Of a stretch of 64,000 nt of DNA, positions 38,378 to 50,363 are shown piece by piece. Each line of letters begins with the position of its first letter. The stretch's first letter is position 1. The DNA is from Salisapilia sapeloensis CBS 127946 (lineage: Eukaryota > Protista > Oomycota), in NCBI GenBank assembly GCA_023334545.1, contig JAADVB010000035.1, forward strand, positions 1 through 64,000. The letters are read 5' to 3'. Below the pieces are notes generated by a model. That model had not been told where the DNA came from. It did not search any database and saw nothing but the letters and a program-made list of their open reading frames with translations. The translations under genes were made by a program, and so were the position numbers.

Positions 38378-40714
38378 TTAGGTAGTCTGGAAGAACTACA
38401 AGAGAGGTTAGTACGATATATGATAACTTTAGATCCGAAGATTACGTACTGCGTCTTCGGCGTAGACGAGCTCGAGGGCATGTAGGTCACCTGAGAATAG
38501 TCGTTGCCGCATCTTTTCATTTGCTTTCAGGCCAAATGTGATCATACGAGATTGGCTCAGGTACTCTTCGTCGCTCTTCTTGTACCGATCGAATACGTTT
38601 GCTTCAATCTCCTTCGCCAGCTTCTCATGCTCCACTCCATTCGGCTGCAAGACGGCACTCAGCATATCCACAATCTTCTTCCGATTCGCATCCAATTCCA
38701 TCTTCCCATTTGCCTCCTTCCCTTCCTCCAAAGCTTTTTCACCCATAGCTGCCTCCTCTTCCTTAGCAACCGGAGCTATCTCTTTGGTCTCTGGAGCTTT
38801 CTCCTCTTCCTTCTTCTCCGTCGGCTTCGTCTCCTCTTCCTTAGCTTCCGGAGCTGCCTCTTCCTTCGTCTCCGGAGCTGCCTCCTTGGTTTCAGTTGGT
38901 GCATCTTCTTCCTTGGTTTCTGGCGTTGTCTCCGCGTCCTTCATAGGCTCCTCCACCACTTGCGTCTCCTCCGTCGATGTCGCTTCCAGCTTCTCTGTCG
39001 GTACTTCCTCATCGACCTCCATGGGCTGTGCAGTCGACTCTGCCTCTTTCTCGACACTTACAGCTTTCTCTTGCACCGGTTCCTTCGGAGTCTCCGTCTT
39101 CTCCTCCATCTTTCGCTTCTTCGTCGGATTCGAAGGGGCTTCCGATGCAGGTCGCTTGTCGCTGGCCATATCATCCACCAAGACCTTCATCAAGTGTTTC
39201 CGGATGGCACTCGCCGTCTGTGCAACCGTCGGGTTCTTACTCTTCCGCAGCGTCGTGATGACGGCCCCAAGGCCAGATCGTTCGACGTCACTCCGGTACA
39301 TCTCCTTCTCTTCAAAGAGAGAAGTGAGTAGCTGTACCATCTCCTTCGCCGCCTCCTTCGTCTCGACCGGTTGGAGACGCAAGAGTCGCTTGACAAAGGA
39401 AGACAACACACCTACTTTATACTCCGTCTTATCGTTCGAACTAGATGGGGACACAGCATTCTTCGCTGCTTCATCCGTCATCTCTTTAATGTCCGCAGAC
39501 TTGACCGACTGCCGCGGGACCGTCAGCTCAATCTCTTTCTTACGTCTACTATCGATCTCCGTCGCCGACTGCTTCGTACTCTTCTTATCTCGTTTCGAAG
39601 GAGCTTTCTTATTCGCTACTTTGGCCTGGATCTGTTCCTTGGACAGCGGAGGCGTCTCTTCCTCTGTCTCTTCCTCTGCAGGCTGCTCATCCTCTTGCTT
39701 AGATGCTTTCGAGCCTACCTTGGGACCTGGTTTCTTTGCTCCCTTCTTCGACTTGGCGGTTGTGGTCTTCGTCGGAGTACGTTTGCTAGGAGAGTCGGTC
39801 GATACAGGTGTCTTCTTCGCCAGCTTCTTCTTTGGTTTCTTATGAGCTGCTTCGAAATCGATAATGTCTTGGAAACGAGCATCGAGAGGCTTCTGCACCT
39901 TGTCCTTAGCGATATTAATGGCTTCCATGAGAAGCTGTCGACGCTTTGGAGCCTTTGCATCCTTCTTTGGATAGCCGGAGTGGTAGTCGTACTTGTCGTC
40001 ATCCCATGCCTCAATGTTCTTGAAGGGAACGAGGGCACTAGGAGAATGTTAGATGGAGAAGAGCAAGAGGTACAAATAAGCTTACAAGTCGTTACTGGCG
40101 TAAAAGTAGACAAAGTACTTGGCAGAGATATTATCGAGGAGCATGGAACGTTTCACACTTCCCAAGTGCTTCGGATGGACGATTAGACTCGGCCAGTATG
40201 GATACCTCGTCATTTTCGACCACACCACTTCGCCAAATCTATCTTATGCTTAGGATATAGACGTTGGAAAGAGATATATGTGAGCTACCTGGCGCTAACG
40301 GTCGGATCGATGTCTTCCATCTTCTTGTCCAAATCCTCCTCGACCTCATCCTCCGTCTCGGAGCTGTCCGACTCGACCTTTTTCTTTGCAGAGGCTATAG
40401 ACAGTCCTTAATCTTTCTATAGATGGTTCTCGACTACTGCTAAAGTACCTTTAGGCTTGGTCGTCTTACTAGCCTTCGATTTCGGCTTATTCGAGTCAGA
40501 CTCGGTAGCCTCCCCATCCTTGTCCTTTGCTGCACTACTCTTGCTCACAGCCGAACGCTTTCTCGAGCCACGTGCAGGCTTGGCACTCGACTTGGCTGAC
40601 GAAGAGCTAGGAGCCGTCTCAGGCTGCGGCTCTTGCTGCTGGTTCTCGTCTTGAGGCTCCGGCTTGGATGCAGCCTCTGCTTTATCACTCACGGATGGTT
40701 TCTCTTCGGCCATG
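38378..40714 (-). CDS. PWWP-domain protein with TFIIS N-terminal-like and TFIIS central-like domains, multi-exon (alternative start at 40800)
   Basis: Upstream exons encode TRYPYWPSLIVHP...YFVYFY (PWWP). Main exon has SDVERSGLGAVITTLRKSKNPTVAQTASAIRKHL (TFIIS-N/Med26-like) and RKKIVDML...AKEIEANVF...YLSQSRMITFGLKANEKMRQRLFSG (TFIIS-M-like). A final intron (GTACGT...TTGTAG) gives the C-terminus YAEDAFFQTT*. Confidence 0.8.
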
Positions 40715-41249
40715 ACGTCCTCTAGTTCGACCTTAGGAGGCAAATGTACCACTCGAAGGTCGCTCGGTCTCGTTTTTAGCTGTGCCAGCGTCCCTTTCAT
40801 GCATCTTCGACCGATATTTGTGCCATCACTGTACCGTTTGATAATATAAGAGCTTGAAGGGATAAAAGGACGTTGGATAGAATACAAGATCACTGGAAGC
40901 ACTTGAGATGGATTTAATAGGATTATTAACGTATACTAGGAGGTTCTATGTGAAATTTAGGCTTGCGAATATATCCATGTTGATGGATGATAATAAAGGT
41001 ATCTACTACAAGCTGAGGTATGTAGACTGAAGTATAGAATCAATGCTAGTGCGCTCTGGAAGCAAGACAGTAGGGCCGTGTTCGCGCCGAATACCGATTC
41101 AGCATAATTGGGGATCCAGATTTTGTAGCTCTATTATCGGTAATCAAATTGGGCCTTTCCGTGTTTGTTGAGAGTGGCGGATTTTGCTTTGTCACTTGCC
41201 ATTGGAAACCTAACGAAAGACTTCATTATAATTTTCCCATCAAACTCAG

Positions 41250-41770
41250 AGTACAAAAGCGATCGCTTGTCTTTAATGAGATCAGGAGGAAACGATCTTC
41301 GAGAAGACTTCAAGTCACGCCTGGTGCTCGAAATGTGCACATTTGAAAAAACGCGCAAAAGACTTGGTGAGCTCTTCGCTTTATTTGCGCTATTGAGCCC
41401 TTCGCTATTATTTCGGAACATACACAGTACAGTGGTGGATGGAATAATTGAGCAACATTTTTGACTCGCACTGTACCCGTCCCACTGAAATGGCGAAGAG
41501 CTTAATGCTGCAAGTAAATCGAATGCAACTTCAACCTGAACGACTTTCGGGGACACGCTCGACACTATGCCTCGCCAAAGCTTGACCGAGGAACGGACGA
41601 CATAAGTCGATAGAGAAGGAAATGTGGAAAGCGACATACGAGTAGGACGAACCGCCAAAGACTTGGGTATTGATTTCTACTACAGTCTTTACATTTTTGT
41701 TCACGAAGTGCCAGCTATTTCTTGAATCATACCCGGCTACCCGCTGAATGAATACGGCTTACTTCGTGGA
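41250..41770 (+). pseudogene. Degraded coding-derived dispersed repeat, copy B
   Basis: Frame LREDFKSRLVLEMCTF...LSPSLLFRNIHSTVVDGIIEQHF*LALYPSH*NGEELNAASKSNATST*TTFGDTLDTMP...DIRVGRTAKDLGIDFYYSLYIFV is collinear with copy A. Confidence 0.75.
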
Positions 41771-42090
41771 CGAGTATTCGAGACTACTACGCAGATGAAT
41801 CACACGTGTAATCGTACAACACACTTCAAGATATAGAGATAAACTATGTGTTCAAGATACTGTGTCATTTCTTCTTCGTTTTCCTCCACTACACTCCACC
41901 TAGTCGATCCTACTAGCACATGATTGCGAGGCATTAACCAGGTGCCATCGCTTAACACCGTCGTTTATTCCATGCGCTCTAGCGATCATGTCCACGGCGT
42001 ACAATCAAGCTAGACGAACGAAAGAAAACGCGTCGAAAAGAACATCAGCACGAACACTTTGCAACGCTCCAAGCTGCCTGAAGTGGACAC

Positions 42091-42933
42091 TTAGTCCCAG
42101 CTAGCATTGCCCGCAGGGGCATCCCAGTTGCTCGAAGCACCGGCGGCATCAGCCGACCACTCCGAGTTACCGCCAGTGGCACCCCACTCGGAGGCGACCG
42201 GGTCCGCAGAGTAGAGAGCCGGCTCGGCAGGGGCGGCCTGCTCAATGGCAGGCGTCTGTCCCCATCCAGCGCTGGCCTGGGCCTCTTCCTGAGCAGTGGC
42301 CTGGGCCTCCTCGGCCTTCTTGAGCTCTTCCGGGTCACGGTAGAGGAAGAGGTCGACGGCGACGTCCCACGGGAGGGCACGCGAGATGGATCCGCGGAGA
42401 CGGAGGACCTCACGGGCCAAGAGCCAGTAGAGCAGACCGATGGAGAGCTTGCCCTTGTTGTTGGCCGGGATGGCAACGTCGACGTGCTCCATGGGGGAGT
42501 CCGAGTCACAGAAGGCAATGACCGGGACGTTCACGAAGGAAGATTCGCGGACGGCCTGGGCATCGGTACGCGGGTCCGTGATGATGAGAAGACGCGGCTC
42601 ACGGAACTGCTTGGTGATCTGGTTCGTGAACGTACCAGGCGTGAAGCGGCCACCAATGTACGCACAGCCGGTGTACTGGGCGAACTTGAGGACAGCGCGC
42701 TGGCCGTACGGACGAGCGCTGATGGCAATCACGTCGGCCGGGTTCTCAATGGCGACGATGATACGCGCAGCGAGCTGGATCTTCTCCCAGGTCTTGCTGA
42801 CGTTCATGACGTGGATACCGTCCTGACGACGACGCCAGACGTAGTCCATCATACGGGAGTCGGCATTGCGAGTACCGATGTGGGCCTGAGCGGCCAGCAT
42901 CATCTTGATGTCTTCTTCACGTTGGGCAGCCAT
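42091..42933 (-). CDS. RPSA: 40S ribosomal protein uS2 (SA), 280 aa, intronless
   Basis: [71 protein letters not shown]; strong GC3 bias. Confidence 0.99.
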   Translation of the reverse strand: MAAQREEDIKMMLAAQAHIGTRNADSRMMDYVWRRRQDGIHVMNVSKTWEKIQLAARIIVAIENPADVIAISARPYGQRAVLKFAQYTGCAYIGGRFTPGTFTNQITKQFREPRLLIITDPRTDAQAVRESSFVNVPVIAFCDSDSPMEHVDVAIPANNKGKLSIGLLYWLLAREVLRLRGSISRALPWDVAVDLFLYRDPEELKKAEEAQATAQEEAQASAGWGQTPAIEQAAPAEPALYSADPVASEWGATGGNSEWSADAAGASSNWDAPAGNASWD

Positions 42934-43114
42934 GGTGTTACGAGGTAAGGAGCGATGACAATTATGACCGAGCTATCTCCTCGATTGGTTTGGTGGCCAG
43001 TCATTTGGTTTCGGATATATCCCAACAATACGACATATAATCAGGATTGATCCGAAAATAAATAAACACGAACGTCGTGATCCGAAAATACGTATGCAGA
43101 GCGAGTACTAAGGG

Positions 43115-46100
43115 ATGACAGGGAAGCGACAGCGAGAGGTGCCGGCAGCGGATGATCCGTATAATGTGAAGCTGCCTCCGTGCACGATGAAAGACCATGT
43201 GAGGAAGAATAGGTATGGAAGGGAGTATCAGACGAAGAACTGTGAACATAATCCGAATTGTCTATATGGACTTGGAGAACGCTATGAGGTGATGTGTAGC
43301 TCTGTTCTGGCTGTATACTGGTGGTTGACAATGATAGTAGGGTATTTGGCAACGAGATAGACTTATTAGCAGAATCTTTGGAGATGACCCTCGTAAGCGA
43401 CGACGGACTCATCGCAATGCCAATGCGACTGCCTCCGTGTGGATGCATCCTTGTGGTCTGTGTAACTTGGGAGCAACTTGCTATCTCAACAGTCTAGTCC
43501 AGTGTCTTTTCATGGTCTATCCGTTCCGTCGAGCTGTGTACGAGTGGGAACCTGATACTCGGGCAGGTGCGACGCAGGATCAAATCAAGCAGATGAGAGC
43601 ACTGCAGCGACTCTTTGCTCTCATGCAATCGGGCAAAGAGTCCAGTTACAATCCAGAAGACTTTTCCCAAGCATTAGCAATCGATAGTGAATTGCAGCAG
43701 GACGTACAGGTACTTGCATGCTCTGTAACCACTCTATTTCCAGGACATTGACCGGCATGCCGCAGGAATTCACGAAACTCCTGCTAGCTCATTTGCACGA
43801 GACATTCCGTCTCTCTCATAATCCATCTCATCGAAATCTAGTTACCCGTCTATTCGAAGGCAAGATGGAGTACGTGACCAAGTGTCAGCGTTGTTGCTCT
43901 ACATCCACTCGACCAACGAACTTTAACGACTTATCTCTCCATATCAAAGGCCATAAAAAGCTAGAGATGTGTTTAGCAGCATACTTTTCTCCAGAACTCA
44001 TGGATGGTGATAACAAGTACCTTTGTAATCGTTGTGCATCGAAACAGATCGCGACGAGATGCATGTCTGTAGAGGCAGAAAATATGCCACCAGTACTGAC
44101 GCTACAACTCATGCGATTCGTCTACGATGCGCATGCTGGACAACGAAAGAAGTTGATGGATGTAATCGAGATCGGTGAAGAGCTGAATGTGTCGGCAGTG
44201 CTGCGCCAGGCTGGGTACGAGACTACCGGACCGGACGTTGTCTATCGTCTGATGGCGTATTTAAACCATCGAGGGCGCAGTGCTGACGTAGGACACTACA
44301 CTGCCTCCGTGGCATATCCTTCGGAAAATGGTCGCATGGAATGGTTTGAGTTTGATGACGCAGCTGTCTATAGCTCGGATGTAGTTGTCGATGTAGAACA
44401 GAAGACGGAACGAGTAGGAAAGACGATTCGCTCGAAAGACGCTTACATGCTCTTATACGTCTGTGATGACTCGGCAGTACGCAATGGCGTTGTCGACAGC
44501 CTCGAGACAGCGCAGTCGGAGCCTCTTGTTCCACATCACTTGCGCCTCGAAGTCGATTCACTAAACCATCAATTCGAACGGACTCTACAGGAGTATGTGA
44601 AGAGATCACAAGAGTTAGAGGCACGTATTCAACACCGTATACAAACGTATGAGACTCTATTCGTGAAGGAACGTCCTTATTGTCTCGTGCCGAGAGAAAT
44701 GTGCTATTGGGTACCGACCGAGTGGTTGCAAAAGTGGATTACAGGTGTAGAAGAAAGAGAGCAAAAGTCAGTAATGGAGGGTGGTGCGGAAGTGGTTAAA
44801 GTGAAGAAGGATAAACCGATGGTAGCGATGACAAGCGAGACAGGAGCTCATATCCCATTCGATCAGAATATCAACGTGACACCATATAAATGCAGTCACT
44901 CGTCTACCGACCCTTGTTTTGCACCTGAGATGACGAAGAAACTGAAGCGTGTCAATCCTAAATTCTACACTTATCTGCTAGCGAATGAGTACGTGCAACA
45001 CGTCGGTAGTGACAGTGCTAGGAATGCATCCGCACGACGTATCTTCTCCGGACGATCTTATCAATGTACAATTTGCAAAGACGAGTTTTGTAACAAGATT
45101 TTGCATGATGAAATGGGGCTGGAAGAAACAACGACAGAACTTGATATGCTCAAGGTGAAATCCGTGACGGACGACCCCGAGCCGTATATCATCAGCCGTG
45201 CATGGGTGAAGAGCTACAAGCAACATTTGACGCAAGAGCAAAGGGTGATGAAACAACGGCTTTCGACTAGTAAAAAACAGTCACAGGACCTGACGACGTA
45301 CTATAAGGACGAGTCGGACGTTCCGCAATGGATGTGTCCGATCAATCAAGATATCATTTGTGAGCATGGGAACTTAACGCTTGATAAGAAAAAGTATCGA
45401 TCAATAGCACAGGATGTATGGCAGCATTTGAAGACCAAGTTTCCTCCTGGTCAAGAGATTAAAGAACGCTTGTTAGAAGCTTGTGCGATCTGTGAGATGA
45501 ATCTAGTGATTACACAGCAAGAACGAGACACGGAGCGTGCGAATCGTAACGAGATCCTTTCGAATGAAGCGCTTGAACGTCTCTATCGACGTGACGTCAC
45601 ATCCTTTGGACGTGTAGACTGCATGAAGGATGTGTTTGCGTTCATCCGATCGAATCAAGCGGCTTGTAATCGTAAACACTGCGAGCGGATGTTCATGGTG
45701 CAGAAAGAGTGGATGGAGCGCTGGAGAAGGTACATTCGAGATGTGGACCAGACACGGCCATCTGTGTTGGCAGAATGCGGCTTCATGTGTCCAGACGGGA
45801 AGATGGCACGCCCACAATCAGTACTAGCCGTGTGCAATGAACAACCGTCGAGTCTATCGGCGTTGGAAGTAGAGTTCCTGTCGACGGAAGAGATGACGAG
45901 TCTCGTGCTCGAATTTGGCGACATATCACAGCCTGTTGCTTACTGTGTACTTGGTGGGGACGGGCAAGTGTCTTGGCATCGGGGTTCTATCGATCATGTC
46001 CTTAAAATGGACGCGAGAGATGATAGTAGATCGAATGGTATTTATCATGACGACAGCACGGTGCTGTGTTATAAATGCGAAGATGATATGAGTCGACAGC

Positions 46101-46639
46101 ATGATGAAGCTCTTTTGCATTTCCAGCAGGAAACAATCCATGTACGTGTACTCGAAGAGAAGGAAGAGGTGCCGTCGAGTACGCGTCTACCATCTGACCA
46201 GGCTGTTGGCACGACACGGCGGTCTCGTCGTATACAGTCGAATAGTCCAGCGATATATGACTTTACTGCGAGTGCTTCGGATGACATTAGCTGGCTCAAG
46301 ATGAAGATATACGCCGAGATGGACGCAGAACCTGTTCGTCAGAAGTTGTTCTATGGTGGAGAACTAGTCGTAGATGGTAAGAAGCTGCAGGAGTATCATG
46401 TCAAGCCTGGAGACGTGTTGTATTTGCGAGTCGCGGAGGAGCTGGCGGATATTGCAGAGGCCATTCCGCAGACGACGAGCGGAAAAGAGGTGGGGTTCGA
46501 AACGTCTGCGTTGTTTGGTCATCATCATGATGCGGCTAGTACCAATGGGCATATACCTGTCTGGATCTGCTCTGCCTGTACATTCGTAAACGAGAATGCA
46601 GGCAGTGAATGTGAAATATGTGGTACGCAAGCGTCGTAA
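43115..46639 (+). CDS. USP48: Ubiquitin-specific protease, USP48/UBP26-like, with DUSP-like, UBL and RanBP2-type zinc-finger domains; at least 2 introns near the 5' end
   Basis: N-terminal NCEHNPNCLYGLGE; Cys box GLCNLGATCYLNS; QQDVQ|EF across an intron; His box HRGRSADVGHY...WFEFDD; UBL WLKMKIY...RQKLFYGG; terminal WICSACTFVNENAGSECEIC. Confidence 0.9.
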
Positions 46640-46730
46640 GGGTTAAGATGGTAGTGACGTAGTGTATGTCGTAGGTAGGATAAATACGAATGGAAACGAA
46701 AGCCGGGTATGTGGAACAAATGGTTGCTAC

Positions 46731-48065
46731 TTACTTCTTCGTGCCAGCGCCAATGGCATCGGAAACATGCTTGTACCCGTCGCGTTCCAGTAACTGTGCC
46801 AACTCCTTCTTCGCTCGCATGACGGCGGATGGACCTTCAAAGACGAGACAAGAGTACATTTGCACAAGCGTCGCACCAGCAAGAATTTTGTCGTATGCGT
46901 CTTTGCCAGTAGCGACGCCACCGACTCCAATGAGTGGAACCTGTCCGTTCGTTAGCGTATACATCTCCGAAAGCACCTTAGTCGATAGATCACGCAATGG
47001 AGCTCCACTAAGTCCTCCGGTCTCTTGCTTGTGGTCATTTTGGAGTGAATTAGGTCGACTTAAAGTGGTGTTCGACACGATCAAACCGTCCACTTTCAAC
47101 GTCGTGACGACATCTGCAATATCCTTCTTGTCGACATCAGTAAGATCAGGTGCGATCTTTACAAGTAACGGAATCGTCCGATCTTCAGATGCTTCTAGTT
47201 GCTTTCTCGCTTCTAAAACACGCTTCAATAGCGTTTTCAACTGCTCTTTGCCTTGTAGAGTACGAAGTCCAGGGGTGTTGGGAGACGAGACGTTTACAAC
47301 GAGGTAGTCAGCATACTTCCCAAGGGATGTGACACCTTTGATGTAGTCAGACGCAGCGTCCTCTGTCGTCTTATTCTTTCCTAAGTTGACGCCTAGAGGA
47401 CCTGGGCGATGGTCCTTTTCAAATGGAGAAGGTTTCTCCACTTTTAAAGTACGCATAGCAGTATAATCGTGCAGACGAGCTTGCACAGCATCGATACCGT
47501 CGCTGTTGAAGCCGTACCGGTTGATGACTGCATTGTCTTCCGTTAAACGGAACATGCGCGGTCGCTCATTGCCAGGTTGAGGCTCTGGCGTGACACTCCC
47601 GATCTCGACAAACCCAAAGCCAAGGTCGAGGAGAGCTTCCATGGCTTCCGCATTCTTGTCAAAGCCGGCTGCTAGTCCAATCGGGTTGGTGAAGGTTTTA
47701 CCAAACGCATCGATATGCAGCAGCTCTGGATCTGGTTCCTCGTCTCTCGGAATGAGACCGTACGAAGCGCTTTTGATGGCAATGTTATGCGAAGTCTCTG
47801 GATCCAAGAGTCTTAGTAATGGCATACCAATCGGATCTGCTAGATGCTGCACAAGCCATTCATGCGGCACGAATCCTTTTGTGGCTGCGAAGAGTGCAGC
47901 AGCGGCGCCACCACTAATAGCCAAGAGTCCCACTAGACTAACCTGTTTCGGACCGGAGGAGGATGCAGATGAACTCCATCGAGCTTTTGGTGCATTGATG
48001 GCACTCGACAAGCCATATCGAGACCGCAAGGAGGTAAGAGAGCGGGCCAAGTACCGCATAATCAC
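46731..48065 (-). CDS. DHODH: Class 2 (mitochondrial, quinone-dependent) dihydroorotate dehydrogenase, 444 aa
   Basis: Mitochondrial-type presequence plus hydrophobic anchor; NPIGLAAGFDKNAE, NRYGFNSDG, VNVSSPNTPGLR, LVKIAPDL, GGLSGAPL, IGVGGV. Confidence 0.98.
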   Translation of the reverse strand: MIMRYLARSLTSLRSRYGLSSAINAPKARWSSSASSSGPKQVSLVGLLAISGGAAAALFAATKGFVPHEWLVQHLADPIGMPLLRLLDPETSHNIAIKSASYGLIPRDEEPDPELLHIDAFGKTFTNPIGLAAGFDKNAEAMEALLDLGFGFVEIGSVTPEPQPGNERPRMFRLTEDNAVINRYGFNSDGIDAVQARLHDYTAMRTLKVEKPSPFEKDHRPGPLGVNLGKNKTTEDAASDYIKGVTSLGKYADYLVVNVSSPNTPGLRTLQGKEQLKTLLKRVLEARKQLEASEDRTIPLLVKIAPDLTDVDKKDIADVVTTLKVDGLIVSNTTLSRPNSLQNDHKQETGGLSGAPLRDLSTKVLSEMYTLTNGQVPLIGVGGVATGKDAYDKILAGATLVQMYSCLVFEGPSAVMRAKKELAQLLERDGYKHVSDAIGAGTKK

Positions 48066-48342
48066 TTTTTGCGAATCGTTGTCAAATTTAATGTCGTCTC
48101 ACTATACTGTTTCTTTCTATATGAAGTTTTGTAATAAATGTTGGTAAATAAGTAGGACGGTATCGGAGGTGCTGATGGTGGTACTTCCGATAGGTAGGTA
48201 TCCTAATAGAGTACTCGACCAAATACCTCTCTATACCTAGGCGATTGCAATTAGAGACAAATGAGTATGACAGCTCTATATGCAACTGACAGAGGGCATG
48301 TATTATTCTTCATGAGTGTTTTCTCCTACTGCTTGCCACACC

Positions 48343-50236
48343 TCAGTCTACATCCATGGCGACATCTTCATTCTCATCTGGACCATGCGTCTCTGTCGGA
48401 GGTTTCGTCTCTTCATTATCATGTCCACGATGATCCTACATACACCATTACAACTCTTCCACCCGATGAACAAGATACTTGAGACGTACGTTGTCATCAT
48501 CGTAGAACTCTGCGTCATGCTGTCGTTTTCCATCACTATTCATACGCACATCTGGATCCAGTGCATCCTCATCAATCTCCTTTATCATCCGTGCTGGTGG
48601 CATCGAGTCAAACTGGACACTCGGAGCTCCAGGTAGAGTTTTTAGGTTCTCAAAGATCTTCGTCCTACCTCACCATCAGCTTCGACACAGCTACGATTCT
48701 ACTTTTATAAACCTACTTGATCTCATCAAGATATTCCGGTGCATTGGCATTCCGAAGATTTGGATCTGGTTCCAAATGTAGTTTAAATGACGGAGCAAAG
48801 TACTCGTAGTAGTCTGTATACGGCAATTCATTCGGGACTTCTTGCTCCAACAGCACAGATGTCTCGTACGCCCATGCTCTCGAGACATTCCGAATGGTGT
48901 AGCCACCGCCTCCAAGGACAAGTGTCGGCAGTCCAAAGCTCTTAATGTACCGAACGCATTCGCCATGGCCTAGAATAATGTGAGATGGGAGGCAGACAAG
49001 GTGTGTAGATGGTGTACCTTTTGTCGTCAGATTAAACGAACCGAGACGGTCTCCTGTAAGCGAGTCCGAGCCGCATTGGAGGACGACGGCAGATGGTCGG
49101 AAGGTTTCCATAACTTTTTCCATGACAGGTTTAAAGACGTGCTCGTAGCTCGTGTCGTCCATGCCTGATAAGAGTGGACAGTTTACGGCGTAATACTTTC
49201 CATTCTTCGCTCCAATGTCCTACTCATGTATGACTATGCTGTCTATGGTCGTATGAGAGGGAGAATGTACTTTGATGTCACCTGTGCCAGGAAAAAAGTC
49301 TCCGTACTGATGGAACGAGGCGGTCATGACGCGATCTGTGACGTAGAAGGCTTCTTCCACACCGTCTCCGTGGTGTACGTCGATATCAATGTACAAAACG
49401 CGAGCGTGATATCTGTATAGTTTTATGGATGTAAGCGACGTAGATAATACGGCTAGTGGGATTGGTGTACTTGAGGAGTTCGAGGATGCCTAGGACGATG
49501 TCATTGACGTAGCAAAATCCAGACGCTTCCGACTTTTTTGCATGATGTAGACCACCGGCCCAATTGATGGCAATGTCGCATAGTCCATGGTTTAGTCGTG
49601 CCGCAGCATCTATCACCCAATTGAGAACGATGGAGATATATCTGTGTAAATGTGTGTCTACCTAGTGTTCCTCCTGTATAGATTTGGCAAAAGTCGAATA
49701 TGCCGTCAAAGACCGGGCAATCCGTCATTTCCCCAAGGTTATCTACAAGTGTCCGTAAGCCGTTCCCCATCTTCCCTCTACTAATTATTCCTCATTCTTA
49801 CACTTGTTCAGTTCTTTATGATACTGCTTCTCATTGAATGGATTGATACGTCGTAGGAAATCGATATAATCGTCTGTATGAAAGTTCTTGACCTCCTCGG
49901 CAGTCGCCCAATGCGGTTCCTATATCCATATACAACGTTCCTATGAATCTCTTCCAGCCATTTCTTGCTTATAACTAATAGCATACAAACATGTCCATCT
50001 TCTTGTGCAAACCATAATTCACGACGAGATGATGGGTCAGTTTAAGCCGATGCGGCTTCATGTTATGGCCTGGTCCGTAGTAGAAATGGCCTTCATCGGC
50101 TACAAGAACGATGATAGGACGGTCAATACACAGCCATTTGGAGCCTAGGACCGTATCTAGGCTCTGGAGATGATAAAATGGCATAAAATGTACGATGGTA
50201 GAAGTAAGAGACGCGCTTTTTCGTCGCCATCGCCAT
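48343..50236 (-). CDS. HDAC: Class I histone deacetylase (RPD3/HDAC1-3-like), paralogue A, 10 exons
   Basis: [102 protein letters not shown]; nine GT-AG introns reconstructed. Confidence 0.93.
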
Positions 50237-50363
50237 CTCGGACGCAAAAAAGGAAAATGGCCAAATAGAGGTTTTCAAGTGGTACATTCATGGTACATCT
50301 GCTGTCAACAAACTAAGACAAAAATCGCATTTACAGGTCCAAGCATACAAACGCCGAGTGGGG
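50237..50363. promoter_or_regulatory. 127-bp bidirectional intergenic/promoter region between the two HDAC start codons
   Basis: Start codons at 50236 (-) and 50364 (+) diverge with only 127 bp between them. Confidence 0.7.

Noticed and set aside
38504-40186. Long plus-strand ORFs (275, 435, 271 aa)
   Set aside because: Antisense of the Glu/Lys-rich PWWP gene; the Ser/Phe/Leu-rich composition is the expected mirror.
41440-41620. Shared in-frame TGA codons in the repeat as evidence of TGA=Trp or selenocysteine recoding
   Set aside because: Bona fide genes here use TGG for Trp and TGA as stop (GAPDH, both HDACs). The repeat also has TAA stops and indels, so decay before duplication is simpler.
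42045-42948. Several overlapping ORFs around RPSA
   Set aside because: Same GC3-driven shadow effect; only the 280-aa uS2 frame is recognisable.
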